This document shows positions 29,074 to 39,006 of a stretch of 64,000 nucleotides of DNA, piece by piece; within the stretch, counting starts at the first letter, position 1, and every line of letters starts with the position of its first letter. The notes under the pieces were generated by a model that was given only the letters and a program-made list of their open reading frames with translations, was not told the DNA's origin and did no database searches. The stretch comes from Bacteroidota bacterium (lineage in GTDB: Bacteria; Bacteroidota; Bacteroidia; NS11-12g; UBA9320). The position numbers were made by a program, and so were the translations under genes. The stretch is from positions 246,688 to 310,687 of the forward strand of contig WGNA01000011.1 of the NCBI GenBank assembly GCA_016124755.1. The letters are read 5' to 3'.

Positions 29074-29515
29074 TCCTGTTATTTCCGGAAGTAACATTAT
29101 CCTTAATCCACATTTTACAATAATGCCGGATTTCATTTCTCACCTTTCTGAATTTTTCCGGTTTTAATTCGGGGTTACCGGAGTATTTGGAAGGGTCGCG
29201 AAAATTGTGATGGAAATTTTCGGTTCCGGGTAAGTACGGACAAACTTCCCGGGCATTATCACAGACGGTAATTACATAATCGAATTGGATGTTTTTGTAT
29301 TCATCGATCACATTGGAAGTATGGTGTGAAATGTCGATTCCGTCTTCCAGCATGGTTTGAACCGCATCCGGATTTAATCCGTGAGCTTCGATTCCGGCGC
29401 TGAAAACTTCAACCCGGTCTTTTCCGAAAAATCGGAGATAGGCTTCCGCCATCTGGCTGCGGCAACTGTTGCCGGTGCACAGAACTAATATTTTCTTCAT
29501 AAGCAGTTCAGACAA
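29066..29515 (-). CDS. arsC: Arsenate reductase ArsC of the LMW-PTPase family (thioredoxin-coupled).
   Basis: CTGNSCRSQMAE P-loop near the N-terminus. It lies in a cluster with arsR. Confidence 0.8.
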   Translation of the reverse strand: MSELLMKKILVLCTGNSCRSQMAEAYLRFFGKDRVEVFSAGIEAHGLNPDAVQTMLEDGIDISHHTSNVIDEYKNIQFDYVITVCDNAREVCPYLPGTENFHHNFRDPSKYSGNPELKPEKFRKVRNEIRHYCKMWIKDNVTSGNNRIN

Positions 29516-29637
29516 AAAGCCAGATAATATTGATGATGCAGAATTTGGGATCGAACCCCCAGATTAATTGCAGAATCAACAATGAAGTGGTAATAATGAT
29601 GGCTTTTTTGTACCGATTAAAAAAATGTGTAAGTATT

Positions 29638-30129
29638 TCAACAGCAGACTTCATTGGGAGAGCAGCAAGTTGTTTTGGGTGTAAGGTCTGAGAGTTTTAA
29701 TTTTTGTTTTTCAGCAGGAATTCCGCATTTGTCTTTTGCCGGGCAATCCGTAAAAAGATTCAGCAGATTAAATTGATCATTAGTAAAAGCAACACCGAAT
29801 CGACCGATAGTACCGGATTGATATTCAAATTCAACCTCCGGATCTGAGTCTCCGAAAATTTCGTCGGCCTTTTTAATTATTTCTAAAAGTTTGGAAGGTT
29901 TAAGACGATGGTCGGTGTCACCGGCAACCCAAATTTGAAATATAATGGATTGTGTTTTTTTAACCGTTCCTCCACAATCAATCACATGTTTGGAAACCAG
30001 TCCGGCTTCGGTGATGTGAAAATGAGCGGGAACCAAAGACGAGTCGGGGAGAACAAATGTTAATTCGTTCAGGTGGCTCAGATGATTTTTAAATTTAGAT
30101 AGCAGCATTTTAATTTGAATTAGCAGCAA
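29638..30129 (-). CDS. ars-cluster hypothetical protein with a Cys-rich C-terminus (TTCCSPNEVCC), possibly DUF6428-like.
   Basis: Overlaps the arsR stop. Position between arsR and arsC. A Cys cluster sits at the C-terminus. Confidence 0.45.
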   Translation of the reverse strand: MLLIQIKMLLSKFKNHLSHLNELTFVLPDSSLVPAHFHITEAGLVSKHVIDCGGTVKKTQSIIFQIWVAGDTDHRLKPSKLLEIIKKADEIFGDSDPEVEFEYQSGTIGRFGVAFTNDQFNLLNLFTDCPAKDKCGIPAEKQKLKLSDLTPKTTCCSPNEVCC

Positions 30130-30452
30130 TTATTTTTTAGACATTCGGCATGACTTGCAACGCCGGAAAGAAATTTCAGAAGGTCATCAACGGCTCCCTG
30201 ATTTATACAATAGTTAATGGCATTGCCTTCAATATTGCCTTTAATAAAACCGGCCAGTTTCAACTCCTTGAGGTGTTGTGAAACGGTGGGTTGAGCCAGC
30301 GGCAATTCGTTAACAATGTCGCCGCAAACACAGGCGTTGGTTTTCATCAGATATTCCAGAATGGCAATGCGGGCAGGATGTGCAAGCGCTTTGGCCAGAC
30401 CCGAAATCTGATTGTGTTTTTCTGAAAAATGTTCCGCTTTTGAAAGTCCCAT
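30120..30452 (-). CDS. arsR: ArsR/SmtB-family metalloregulator.
   Basis: HTH region PARIAILEYL...CVCGDIVNEL...VSQHLKELK. The CVC motif lies at the As(III)-sensing position. Confidence 0.8.
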   Translation of the reverse strand: MGLSKAEHFSEKHNQISGLAKALAHPARIAILEYLMKTNACVCGDIVNELPLAQPTVSQHLKELKLAGFIKGNIEGNAINYCINQGAVDDLLKFLSGVASHAECLKNNCC

Positions 30453-30614
30453 TTATATTTCTATATCGCAATATTACGATAAAGCGATGAATCGAAAACG
30501 GAGCTGAATTTTTTTTTAGTGAAAAGTAAGTCAGGATTCCAACCCCAAAGAATATCCATCCGTCAGCATTGTGGATGTCGTAAAACTTTAGTTCAACAAC
30601 CTTAGATCAAAAAA

Positions 30615-30965
30615 ATGAAGAAGCTTTTCAAAAACATGTTCGCCAGTTGTATCATTTGCGCAATTCAGTCATTTTCTCCAACAGCAGAAAACGGTGTTGA
30701 TGCAACGTACGGCGTTTCTCCCGGAGACCCGTCACACATTTCACTGGAACTGCACAGCAATTACACCTTTGTTTTTAAAGATTACTCACTTCCCAACCAC
30801 AAGACGAAAGTTAACGGAACCTATACTCTGCAGAATAACCGGTTACATTTAACAGCGGAGAACTCAAATGAAAAATTCAGAGATGATTGGAAAATTGTAA
30901 ATAACGGCAATGCAGTTTCCTCCAGTTTCCGACTATCTTTTTACAGGCTCTGCAAGTTGGATTAA
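30615..30965 (+). CDS. Small secreted hypothetical protein.
   Basis: N-terminal signal-like sequence only. Confidence 0.3.
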   Translation: MKKLFKNMFASCIICAIQSFSPTAENGVDATYGVSPGDPSHISLELHSNYTFVFKDYSLPNHKTKVNGTYTLQNNRLHLTAENSNEKFRDDWKIVNNGNAVSSSFRLSFYRLCKLD

Positions 30966-31069
30966 GAGAATTGCATTTGGGCAGATTCATCTTCTCACAT
31001 TCATTCTTATCGAAACCTTAACCTGTTCTAAAACGCACATGACCTTATTTTCGTGACCAAAATTGCGTT

Positions 31070-32443
31070 TTGCAGGAATTAAAAAGCCAGATTCAACAAT
31101 TCACTTCGCCGGTTACTTTCGAATCACTCCGGTCGTTTATTACAGAACTTACACTTGAAAACCTCCGTTTCAATGAACACATTCCGGAACCGGAAGCTGC
31201 CGGGGATTACGGAAGAAATATTATAACACTTGAACCTTTTGAATGCGTTCTTATTCATTGGCCGGCCGGGGTTTCAAGCGCAATTCATTTACACGAGGGA
31301 CTTTTTGGTTATGTCTGGGTTCTGGAAGGAGAACTCGACAATGTCTTTTATAAATTTCAGGATGGTAAACTCATCGAATATTCCGTAGCCCGATATGGCA
31401 AAAACGGATTGATTCCGGAACCCGACGGAGTGATTCACAAACTCGCCAATAACACAAACACGCGCGCGATAACACTGCATTTTTATTACCCGGCGATTGA
31501 AAGTTTCGAGGGGATGCAGTTGTTCAATGTAGAAAAGCGAGCCATTGGTAGTCTGAGTGATAATGCCAATACCGCCAGTTGGCAGGATGAGGACGGACAT
31601 TTTTCAGAAGTAAAAACCAATGCATTCGACTTCGTTCCGTTTGATGTGCATCACCAACCCAAAACCCACGTAATGATTCCGGTTATTCCGAAACCGACAT
31701 CGGAAAGAATCCGGGAAATGAACGACGAATACTTTAGTGAGCAGGCACACAAATACGACTTTTCGGATTTCAACCAGCCCCGTAGAAAAGCTTATATCGA
31801 TGGCATTGACCGGGAAATTGCCCGTTTGCTTCAGGAGTCGGAACCCATAAAAAAAGTAATGGATATCGCAGTGGGTACTGGAAGACGTGCTCTTCACATA
31901 CGGGAAATCAGCGAACTCAATTATTCCATAACCGGGGTCGACATCAGTGAAGAGATGTGTGCCATTGCGGGTGAACGGGGCATTAGGGCAATTCACCACG
32001 ACTGGGTAAATGCTGAAATTCCGGATGAAAAGGACTTCGATGCCGTAACGTTCTTATACGCATTCGGACATATTGCCGACATAGAATCGAGAGAGCGTGC
32101 ATTGCGAAAAGTTCATCAGGTTTTAAAACCGGGCGGGATGATTTTCTTTGATGTCTTTAGTCTGAACAACCAAAACGAATGGGGACCTCAGGCTTCAAAG
32201 GCATTTGACCAACGCAATCTCGGGGAAAACGGATTCGACCGGGGCGATGTGTTCTATAAAAAAACGGAATTCAACAGCATCGCTTTTCTACATTATTTCA
32301 CCCATGAAGAAATTGAAGAATTACTCCATAAAACCGGATTTGTAGAGATAGAAATCCGTTCGATTGGTTATGCGAAAAATCCGGGACAGTGGGTGGATAG
32401 TGATAATGAGGGGAACTTTTTTGTGGCGGCGAGGAAGGTTTGA
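31070..32443 (+). CDS. Fusion protein with an N-terminal cupin domain and a C-terminal class I SAM-dependent methyltransferase (TTG start).
   Basis: Cupin-like HWPAGVSSAIHLHEGLFGYVWVLEGE. Methyltransferase motif I VMDIAVGTGRRAL and post-I VDISEEM...LKPGGMIFFDVF. Confidence 0.6.
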   Translation: MQELKSQIQQFTSPVTFESLRSFITELTLENLRFNEHIPEPEAAGDYGRNIITLEPFECVLIHWPAGVSSAIHLHEGLFGYVWVLEGELDNVFYKFQDGKLIEYSVARYGKNGLIPEPDGVIHKLANNTNTRAITLHFYYPAIESFEGMQLFNVEKRAIGSLSDNANTASWQDEDGHFSEVKTNAFDFVPFDVHHQPKTHVMIPVIPKPTSERIREMNDEYFSEQAHKYDFSDFNQPRRKAYIDGIDREIARLLQESEPIKKVMDIAVGTGRRALHIREISELNYSITGVDISEEMCAIAGERGIRAIHHDWVNAEIPDEKDFDAVTFLYAFGHIADIESRERALRKVHQVLKPGGMIFFDVFSLNNQNEWGPQASKAFDQRNLGENGFDRGDVFYKKTEFNSIAFLHYFTHEEIEELLHKTGFVEIEIRSIGYAKNPGQWVDSDNEGNFFVAARKV

Positions 32444-32454
32444 AGAGGAGGAGG

Positions 32455-32650
32455 GAGCGGTAGCGGTAACTGCAACGGTAACTGCAACGGTAACTGCAAC
32501 GGTAACCGTAACGGTAACAAGAGAAGGAGAGCGAAAGAGCTGGAGACAGGAGAGCGATCAAAATTCTGAGCCAGCGGAGAATCCCGATTTTCCCCAAAAA
32601 AAGACCGTCATTCCGAGCGAAGCGAAGATACCCAAACAGTAACGGGAACG
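32455..32650 (+). repeat. Third copy of the ~185-bp composite element: (GTAACTGCAACG)n hexamers, a purine tract, the AATTCTGAGCCAGCGGAGAATCCC hairpin and GTCATTCCGAGCGAAGCGAAGA.
   Basis: Aligns module-by-module with 17010-17200 (reverse complement) and 16812-16960. Confidence 0.7.
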
Positions 32651-32741
32651 GAAGAGCGGAAGAAAACGGAGAACGAATGCTAAGAGCGATGAAAAAGAAG
32701 GATTTCTGGCGGTTGGTTAATTTGGAATGGATCCTCGGTTT

Positions 32742-33003
32742 GTTCGGGGAAAGGGCTTAAGCCCTTCTTCGTGCGCAAGTACGATTGTTTACCAGACCAA
32801 GAGCAACAAAATCTGTCATTTGAAAATTACCGCTTAAAAATTCTAACTCAACGCAGTCAACTTGGGTATCGACAGATTGGAAAACCATCAACCTAAAAGA
32901 CGCTGAAGGATTTTGGTAGTTGTCGCTGGTGAAACGGATTGATAGGAAAATAACCCGAAAATGTTTTGGGGAATCAGGCATAGAAAGGGCTTAAGCCCTT
33001 CTC
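32742..33003. repeat. Two copies of a perfect 16-bp palindrome AAGGGCTTAAGCCCTT (32746-32761 and 32985-33000) flanking 223 bp inside a ~700-bp ORF-free region.
   Basis: Read directly from the sequence. Both copies share the flank GAAAGGGCTTAAGCCCTTCT. Confidence 0.6.
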
Positions 33004-33142
33004 ATAGCGCGCCCGTGAATCTAACCCGGTCCTCCCAAATCCACCATCAGCGAAACCTCAAATTATTCCCAAAGTTGGTTCTGCGTTACCCAACGCCATT
33101 CACAAAAAAATCCCGGCATTCTCGAGAAAGACCAAATCTTAA

Positions 33143-33448
33143 TTAACACATATTGGCCTCTTTTATCTCAGAATGATCTACCCTCTTGGGGCTAATAAAT
33201 ATATATGGGGTAGAACCCTTTCGAGGAAGGATTTCAACCTTGATTTCATCAAAAATGATCCTCGATATATTACCGGTTGAAATTGAGTTGATAAAAGAAT
33301 CAAGATTAGAATTTGAACATTGTAAAGGGGGAAGATTAAAGGTGTCGTCGATGTAGATTACTGTTCGAAATGATAGCACCCTGACAGAGAGAATGAATGC
33401 ACCTATCCTAACCAGATAACCTTTATCCACATTTCGCCTTAGCCGCAC
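33143..33448 (-). CDS. Doubtful small ORF downstream of lipB.
   Basis: ORF only. No motif recognised. Confidence 0.2.
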   Translation of the reverse strand: MRLRRNVDKGYLVRIGAFILSVRVLSFRTVIYIDDTFNLPPLQCSNSNLDSFINSISTGNISRIIFDEIKVEILPRKGSTPYIFISPKRVDHSEIKEANMC

Positions 33449-33453
33449 GCAGT

Positions 33454-34113
33454 TTATACCGATATCTTTTCTGTATTAAAAATCTTTTCAAATTGCTTTA
33501 CATACTCGGCAGCAACTTCACTTACCGGAATTTTTCTTCCAAGTTCTTTGGATATGGATGTCACACCTTTATCGGTAATACCACACGGAACTATGTGATT
33601 AAAATACGATAGATCGGTTGAAACATTTAAAGCAAATCCGTGCATCGTAACCCATCGGCTCACTTTTATTCCGATGGCAGCAATTTTTCTGGGTGCGCCT
33701 TCAATCAGCCAGATCCCGGTTAGTCCTTCGATGCGTTGTGTTTTTATTCCGTAAGTCAGGAGGGTTTGGATAAGGCTTTCTTCCAGCAAATCAACATAAG
33801 TTCGAATGCCCATCTTCCGATCGTTCAGATTTAAAATCGGATACCCAACTAATTGACCCGGTCCGTGAAATGTTATATCGCCACCCCGTTCAATCTGAAA
33901 TACCTCTGCACCGATATTTTTCAGGAAAACCGGATTAACTAATAAATTATTCGCATCTGCACTTTTGCCTAAGGTATAAACCGGCTCGTGTTCGCATATA
34001 AGGAGTTGGTCCGCAATCGCACCTTCAATCCGTTTTTGAAGGAGTTCTTTCTGTAAATCCCAGGCATTGCCATACCGGATCAAACCGAGGTGCTGAATTT
34101 CAAATTCTGTCAT
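33454..34113 (-). CDS. lipB: Octanoyl-[ACP]:protein N-octanoyltransferase LipB.
   Basis: Motifs ICEHEPVYTLGK, RGGDITFHGPGQLVGYP and the KIAAIGIK lysine. Confidence 0.9.
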   Translation of the reverse strand: MTEFEIQHLGLIRYGNAWDLQKELLQKRIEGAIADQLLICEHEPVYTLGKSADANNLLVNPVFLKNIGAEVFQIERGGDITFHGPGQLVGYPILNLNDRKMGIRTYVDLLEESLIQTLLTYGIKTQRIEGLTGIWLIEGAPRKIAAIGIKVSRWVTMHGFALNVSTDLSYFNHIVPCGITDKGVTSISKELGRKIPVSEVAAEYVKQFEKIFNTEKISV

Positions 34114-35665
34114 TTACAATCCTTTTAACAATCAGACTCAACAACAAAAACACGGAAATAAAGATTGCAATCCGGCCGATATAATCTCCGTGTGTGGCAT
34201 AAAAGGTTAGCCCGCTGAATTCCGGAACATCGTATGAAAACGCCTTGGGTTCCCACCATTCTGTATGCGTGATGATTTCACCGGTGTTATTTATCACACA
34301 AGAAATTCCTGTGTTTGCTGCCCGAACAACCGACCGCCTGTTTTCAATTGCCCGCAATCTTCCGTAATGCAAATGCTGCCGGTAACCGGGTGTGTTTCCC
34401 CACCAACCATCGTTCGTAATCACTAAAATCGTCCCGGCACCTTTTCGCACAAACGAACCCACATATTCTCCGAAAATACTTTCGTAACAAATCGTAGTTG
34501 CCATGCTCGAATCCAGAATTTTGGATTCTTTATCACTACCCAAACTGCCGGAAATTCCTCCCATATCAATGGCCAGCGGTGCTAAAATTTTGAAAAATCC
34601 GGGATAAGGCATCATCTCAACACCGGGAACCAGTCGTGATTTGTGATACGCTTGTTCAACACCATTTTCATTAATAAATAAAGCGGTGTTATACGAATCG
34701 TAATACTGATTAGTGGGTTCGTAATGACGTGCGGTAACACTCAGTTCTTCGCCCGAAGAATAGAATTTATACGTGGAAGCTCCAGTGATTATTTTTAACC
34801 CGGAATGCCGTTCACATAATTCTCTCAGCATCCTGATGGACGTATAGCTATTCCAGTTGCTTTCGTCAAGATTTTCAACAATTGCCGTTTCCGGGAGAAC
34901 CACGTACTCAGTTGTAGAATCGATTTGTTGTTCGGCAAGCGAGATAAAAATCTTCATTTGATTCATCTCCTCACCCGAATTGAATTTGTTGTACGGATCG
35001 ATATTCGGCTGAACAACTACGATTTTATGGGATAAATAAGATTCTCGTAGTTCCTGGCGAATTAGCAATAAATGGGATATGCCAATCGGTAATAAAAGGA
35101 GCCCGGCTAAACGGTAAGCGGTTCCGGTGTTGTGATTAACAACCCAATAAAACAGCAGCACGTTAGCCAGTAAAATCCAGAGACTCCCGCCTAAAACTCC
35201 GGTGTATTCGTACCATTGAATAATGGAGGTACTGGTAGCAAATGAATTTCCGAGAACCAACCAGGGATACGCCAGATCCCAGCGATAATGCAGGAATTCG
35301 TAACCGAGCCAGTATAGAATAAATGCGACTAATGCTCTTTCCAATCCCAGAATCTGACGGGTGAAGCGATAAAACATGAAAGGAAAAGTCATGATCAGAC
35401 TGTTCGCTATCAGCATAAATACAGCACCTCCGGGAGATGCGTTCCACACCCACCAGGTAGTGGTTAGATTAAAAAGAAACAAAGACAGATACAGATACCG
35501 GAAGTAAACACCGGTTTTTCCTTTATCCTGTAATAGCTGATCCAATCCTAATAAAGGGGCAAATGCAACAAACATCAGATACGGCATCTGATGCGGAGGC
35601 CACGCCAGAAATAATAGAAGTGGCGATAACAAAGTGAGAATCCAGAGAGCCGTTTTTTTATTCAT
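34100..35665 (-). CDS. lnt: Apolipoprotein N-acyltransferase Lnt.
   Basis: N-terminal polytopic region plus a C-terminal CN-hydrolase domain (E...K...ICYESIF Cys). Length 521 aa. Confidence 0.8.
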   Translation of the reverse strand: MNKKTALWILTLLSPLLLFLAWPPHQMPYLMFVAFAPLLGLDQLLQDKGKTGVYFRYLYLSLFLFNLTTTWWVWNASPGGAVFMLIANSLIMTFPFMFYRFTRQILGLERALVAFILYWLGYEFLHYRWDLAYPWLVLGNSFATSTSIIQWYEYTGVLGGSLWILLANVLLFYWVVNHNTGTAYRLAGLLLLPIGISHLLLIRQELRESYLSHKIVVVQPNIDPYNKFNSGEEMNQMKIFISLAEQQIDSTTEYVVLPETAIVENLDESNWNSYTSIRMLRELCERHSGLKIITGASTYKFYSSGEELSVTARHYEPTNQYYDSYNTALFINENGVEQAYHKSRLVPGVEMMPYPGFFKILAPLAIDMGGISGSLGSDKESKILDSSMATTICYESIFGEYVGSFVRKGAGTILVITNDGWWGNTPGYRQHLHYGRLRAIENRRSVVRAANTGISCVINNTGEIITHTEWWEPKAFSYDVPEFSGLTFYATHGDYIGRIAIFISVFLLLSLIVKRIVNDRI

Positions 35666-36356
35666 AAATGCTCGCGTTTACACCGCCGATTATTACCACA
35701 AACTCCCCCTTTGCAACTCCGTTTTCTAATTGAATCGCTACTTCTGTGGCGGATCCCCGATAATACGTTTCGTGAATTTTACTGATCTCTCTTGCCACTA
35801 CAATTTGCCGTTGATCTCCGAAATGTTCCGCCAGTTCTTCGAGCAACCGGAAAATTCTGTGCGGACTTTCATATAGCACAACGGTTCGTTCTTCCTCTTT
35901 TAGTGCTAATAATCTTTTTTGTCTTCCTTTTTTATGCGGAAGAAATCCTTCGTAAACAAATCGGTCGCAGGGCAATCCGGATGCGACAAGAGCCGGAACG
36001 AAAGCAGTAGCACCCGGTAGGCATTCCACCTTAATGTTGAGACGAACACATTCCCGGATAAGCAGATATCCCGGATCCGAAATTCCCGGAGTTCCGGCAT
36101 CACTGCAATAACTAATGGTTTTCCCGGATTGAATTTCCTGAATTACGGCCGGAACTTTTCGGTGTTCATTATTCTGATGGAGCGAATCTACCGGCGCGTG
36201 TATTTCAAAATGACTCATCAGTTTGCGCACATTACGACTGTCTTCGGCTAAAATCAGATCTGAATTTTTCATCACTTCAATTGCCCGGAAAGTCATGTCG
36301 CCGAGATTTCCGATGGGAGTCGGAACCAGGATTAGTTTGCCCGTAGTTGAAATCAT
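35658..36356 (-). CDS. rsmI: 16S rRNA (cytidine1402-2'-O)-methyltransferase RsmI.
   Basis: KLILVPTPIGNLGDMT...ILAEDSR signature of the tetrapyrrole-methylase fold. Confidence 0.9.
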   Translation of the reverse strand: MISTTGKLILVPTPIGNLGDMTFRAIEVMKNSDLILAEDSRNVRKLMSHFEIHAPVDSLHQNNEHRKVPAVIQEIQSGKTISYCSDAGTPGISDPGYLLIRECVRLNIKVECLPGATAFVPALVASGLPCDRFVYEGFLPHKKGRQKRLLALKEEERTVVLYESPHRIFRLLEELAEHFGDQRQIVVAREISKIHETYYRGSATEVAIQLENGVAKGEFVVIIGGVNASIYE

Positions 36357-36487
36357 TTAACCGCTGCGAATTTACTTCACAATCGTATGGAACATGAATC
36401 GGTAATTTCTTTAGAAAGGTTAATCTGTTCGAAACAGGTTAACAATGAAAACAACTTTGAGCTAATAATTTTGCGCATCAATTCCGC

Positions 36488-37264
36488 ATGATGAAGAGGA
36501 TAAAATATCTGAAAAAATTTCTGGCAATTCCGCTGGTAGTCTTGTTTATGCACAGTTTCACCACCGACAATGGATTTCGCGACAGTCAGTTGAAAAATCA
36601 ACGAGTTCAGATGGCTTTTAAAGAGAAGTTGGTGGATGTGAATACGATGTTGGGTTTGAAAGGCATTGATCAAACGAACTTTGAAATATACATCCGTGCT
36701 TTTAAAATGGAGCAAGTTGTGGAAGTTTGGGGAAGAACCCGGGGTGCAAATACATGGTGCAATGTGGTTAATTATAATTTCTGTAGTACGGTAGGACAAT
36801 TAGGCCCGAAAAGGAAAGAAGGAGATTATCAGATTCCGGAAGGCTTTTACACCGTGTCGGAATTCAATCCGAATAGCGATTTTCTGCTATCACTAAAACT
36901 CAATTACCCGAACAAATCAGACAGTATTCTCGGTGTTAAAGGAAAACTCGGAGACCTTATATATATACACGGAGGATGCATGACTATCGGTTGCATCCCG
37001 ATCACCGACGATAAAATTGAGGAGTTGTATGTTCTGTCGGTTATTGCTAAAGATCAGGGCCAGAATCAAATTCCGATTCATATTTTTCCGGCACGTCTTA
37101 ATTATGGCAATTACAATATGCTCGCGAAACAAACCACGAACAAATCGAATGTTCGGTTTTGGGGAAACCTTCGTACATGCTATACCTACTTTGAGGAAAA
37201 CGGTATTCTGCCGGAAATTTCAGTGAACGAAAAAGGTGACTATGTTTATAAACGAAGTGAATAG
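36488..37264 (+). CDS. L,D-transpeptidase-family periplasmic protein (YafK-like).
   Basis: Signal peptide. Catalytic-like motif IHGGCMTIGCIP (His...Cys). Confidence 0.5.
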   Translation: MMKRIKYLKKFLAIPLVVLFMHSFTTDNGFRDSQLKNQRVQMAFKEKLVDVNTMLGLKGIDQTNFEIYIRAFKMEQVVEVWGRTRGANTWCNVVNYNFCSTVGQLGPKRKEGDYQIPEGFYTVSEFNPNSDFLLSLKLNYPNKSDSILGVKGKLGDLIYIHGGCMTIGCIPITDDKIEELYVLSVIAKDQGQNQIPIHIFPARLNYGNYNMLAKQTTNKSNVRFWGNLRTCYTYFEENGILPEISVNEKGDYVYKRSE

Positions 37265-37441
37265 AAAGGAGTTTCAACACATTTTACTCTTTTGTTTTAA
37301 AGGTGATTTAAATTCTGGGAACTGTAGAGTTCGAAATCACTTCGGATCGGCCAGGAACAGATTTCAACCGAATTTTAATTTTCACAACCGCTCCTTAATA
37401 TCATAAGTTCTATTTTCGCTGAGCTTTTTTAAAGAACCAAA

Positions 37442-38587
37442 TTGATGAATTTCGAACAGACCGAAAATCAAAAAATGATCGCCGATATGGTGGCGGATTT
37501 TGCAGCCCGACACATCAAACCTAAGATGATGGAATGGGACGAATCGCAACACTTTCCGGTAGAAGTTTTTAAAGAACTGGGTAAGCAAGGCTTAATGGGA
37601 GTTTTGGTTCCGCATGAATACGGCGGGTCAGGATTTGGTTATCTTGAATACATGACGGCCATTGTGGAGCTTTCAAAAGTTTGCGGAAGCATCGGCTTGT
37701 CGATGGCCGCTCACAATTCTCTTTGCACCGGGCATATTCTGCAATTTGGCAACGAAGCCCAAAAGCAGAAATACCTGCCCAAACTGGCAACCGGAGAATT
37801 TATCGGAGCGTGGGGATTAACAGAAACCGGAACCGGATCGGATGCCGGCGGAATGAATACAACGGCTGTTAAAGACGGTGATTATTGGGTGATCAACGGT
37901 TCCAAGAATTTTATTACACATGCCATTTCTGGAGATGTTGCTGTTGTAATCGTTAGAACTGGCGAAAAGGGAGATTCACATGGAATGACGGCCTTTATTG
38001 TAGAAAGAGAAACACCGGGTTTCAGTGGAGGCAAAAAAGAAAACAAACTTGGAATGCGGGCTTCAGAAACCGCTTGTTTGTTCTTTGATAATTGTCGTAT
38101 TCATCAGGATCAGATGCTCGGTAAGGAAGGTGAAGGATTCATTCAGGCAATGAAAGTTTTGGATGGCGGGCGAATTAGCATTGCTTCTCTTGCTTTAGGA
38201 ATTGCAAAAGGGGCCTATGAAGCTGCTTTGGCGTATTCCAAAGAACGCGAACAATTCGGAAAGCCGATTTCTGAATTTCAGGCTATTGCTTTCAAACTTG
38301 CCGATATGGCGACAAAAATCGAATGTGCCGAACTGTTGACTTCTCAGGCAGCAGTTATGAAGAACGAAGGAAAACCGATGACCAAAGAGTCTGCGATGGC
38401 CAAGTATTATGCTTCAGAAATTGCGGTTCAGATTGGTAATGACGCAGTTCAGGTTTTCGGAGGATACGGATACACTAAAGACTATCCGGCGGAGAAGTTT
38501 TATCGGGATGCCAAGCTTTGTACCATTGGTGAAGGAACTTCTGAAATCCAGAAATTGGTAATCAGTCGGCAGATCTTAAAAGGCTGA
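37442..38587 (+). CDS. Acyl-CoA dehydrogenase, short/branched-chain type.
   Basis: Full ACAD architecture with the C-terminal catalytic Glu ([10 protein letters not shown]) and a FAD-binding region. Length 381 aa. Confidence 0.9.
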   Translation: MMNFEQTENQKMIADMVADFAARHIKPKMMEWDESQHFPVEVFKELGKQGLMGVLVPHEYGGSGFGYLEYMTAIVELSKVCGSIGLSMAAHNSLCTGHILQFGNEAQKQKYLPKLATGEFIGAWGLTETGTGSDAGGMNTTAVKDGDYWVINGSKNFITHAISGDVAVVIVRTGEKGDSHGMTAFIVERETPGFSGGKKENKLGMRASETACLFFDNCRIHQDQMLGKEGEGFIQAMKVLDGGRISIASLALGIAKGAYEAALAYSKEREQFGKPISEFQAIAFKLADMATKIECAELLTSQAAVMKNEGKPMTKESAMAKYYASEIAVQIGNDAVQVFGGYGYTKDYPAEKFYRDAKLCTIGEGTSEIQKLVISRQILKG

Positions 38588-38674
38588 TTGAGAAATTCTT
38601 TTTGGGTCGCTTGAATTTTAGTTCAATAATTAGATATTTGCAGCCCTTTTAAACGACCAGTCATTTTTGTACTT

Positions 38675-38860
38675 ATGTTAGTAGTAAACGTTAAAGAAAA
38701 CGAATCTGTTGAAAAGGCGCTCAAGCGCTTCAAAAAGAAATTTGAAAAAACCGGTGTTCTCCGTGAATTGAGAGAGCGTCAGCAGTTTACCAAACCTTCT
38801 GTAAAACGCAGAATGGAGAAAATTAAAGCTGCTTACAAAGAGCAACAACAAAACGGTTGA
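38675..38860 (+). CDS. rpsU: 30S ribosomal protein S21.
   Basis: LKRFKKKFEKTGVLRELRERQQF...RR, the Bacteroidota-type S21. Length 61 aa. Confidence 0.85.
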   Translation: MLVVNVKENESVEKALKRFKKKFEKTGVLRELRERQQFTKPSVKRRMEKIKAAYKEQQQNG

Positions 38861-39006
38861 TCACAGATCGGCCTGTATTCTTCTTTCCTTTTAGAAATCT
38901 TTGGTGCTGCTTCCAGTTGGTCGTTGACTAAGTTGCACGCATTTTTATTCTATTAATTTTATTCCTTCTAATCCTTTTTTAACTTGCGGTTGTTAAGTTC
39001 ATAATC

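Noticed and set aside
31070-32443. ArsM (arsenite methyltransferase) assignment for the cupin-methyltransferase gene near the ars cluster
   Set aside because: It lacks the conserved ArsM cysteine pairs, and its motif I differs. Proximity alone is insufficient.
32298-32642. ORFs 32298..32597(-) and 32364..32642(+)
   Set aside because: Translations of the hexamer/purine repeat (TVTATVTA, YRCSYRCS). There is no coding signal.
32650-33140. tmRNA / SRP / RNase P RNA in the long noncoding region
   Set aside because: I could not find the conserved tmRNA tag reading frame or 3' tRNA-like end, the SRP domain IV GGAA motif, or RNase P P4 signatures by eye. Undecided without cmsearch.
36377-36799. 140-aa minus-strand ORF
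   Set aside because: Overlaps the 5' end of the L,D-transpeptidase-like gene. No motif, and the position is unlikely.
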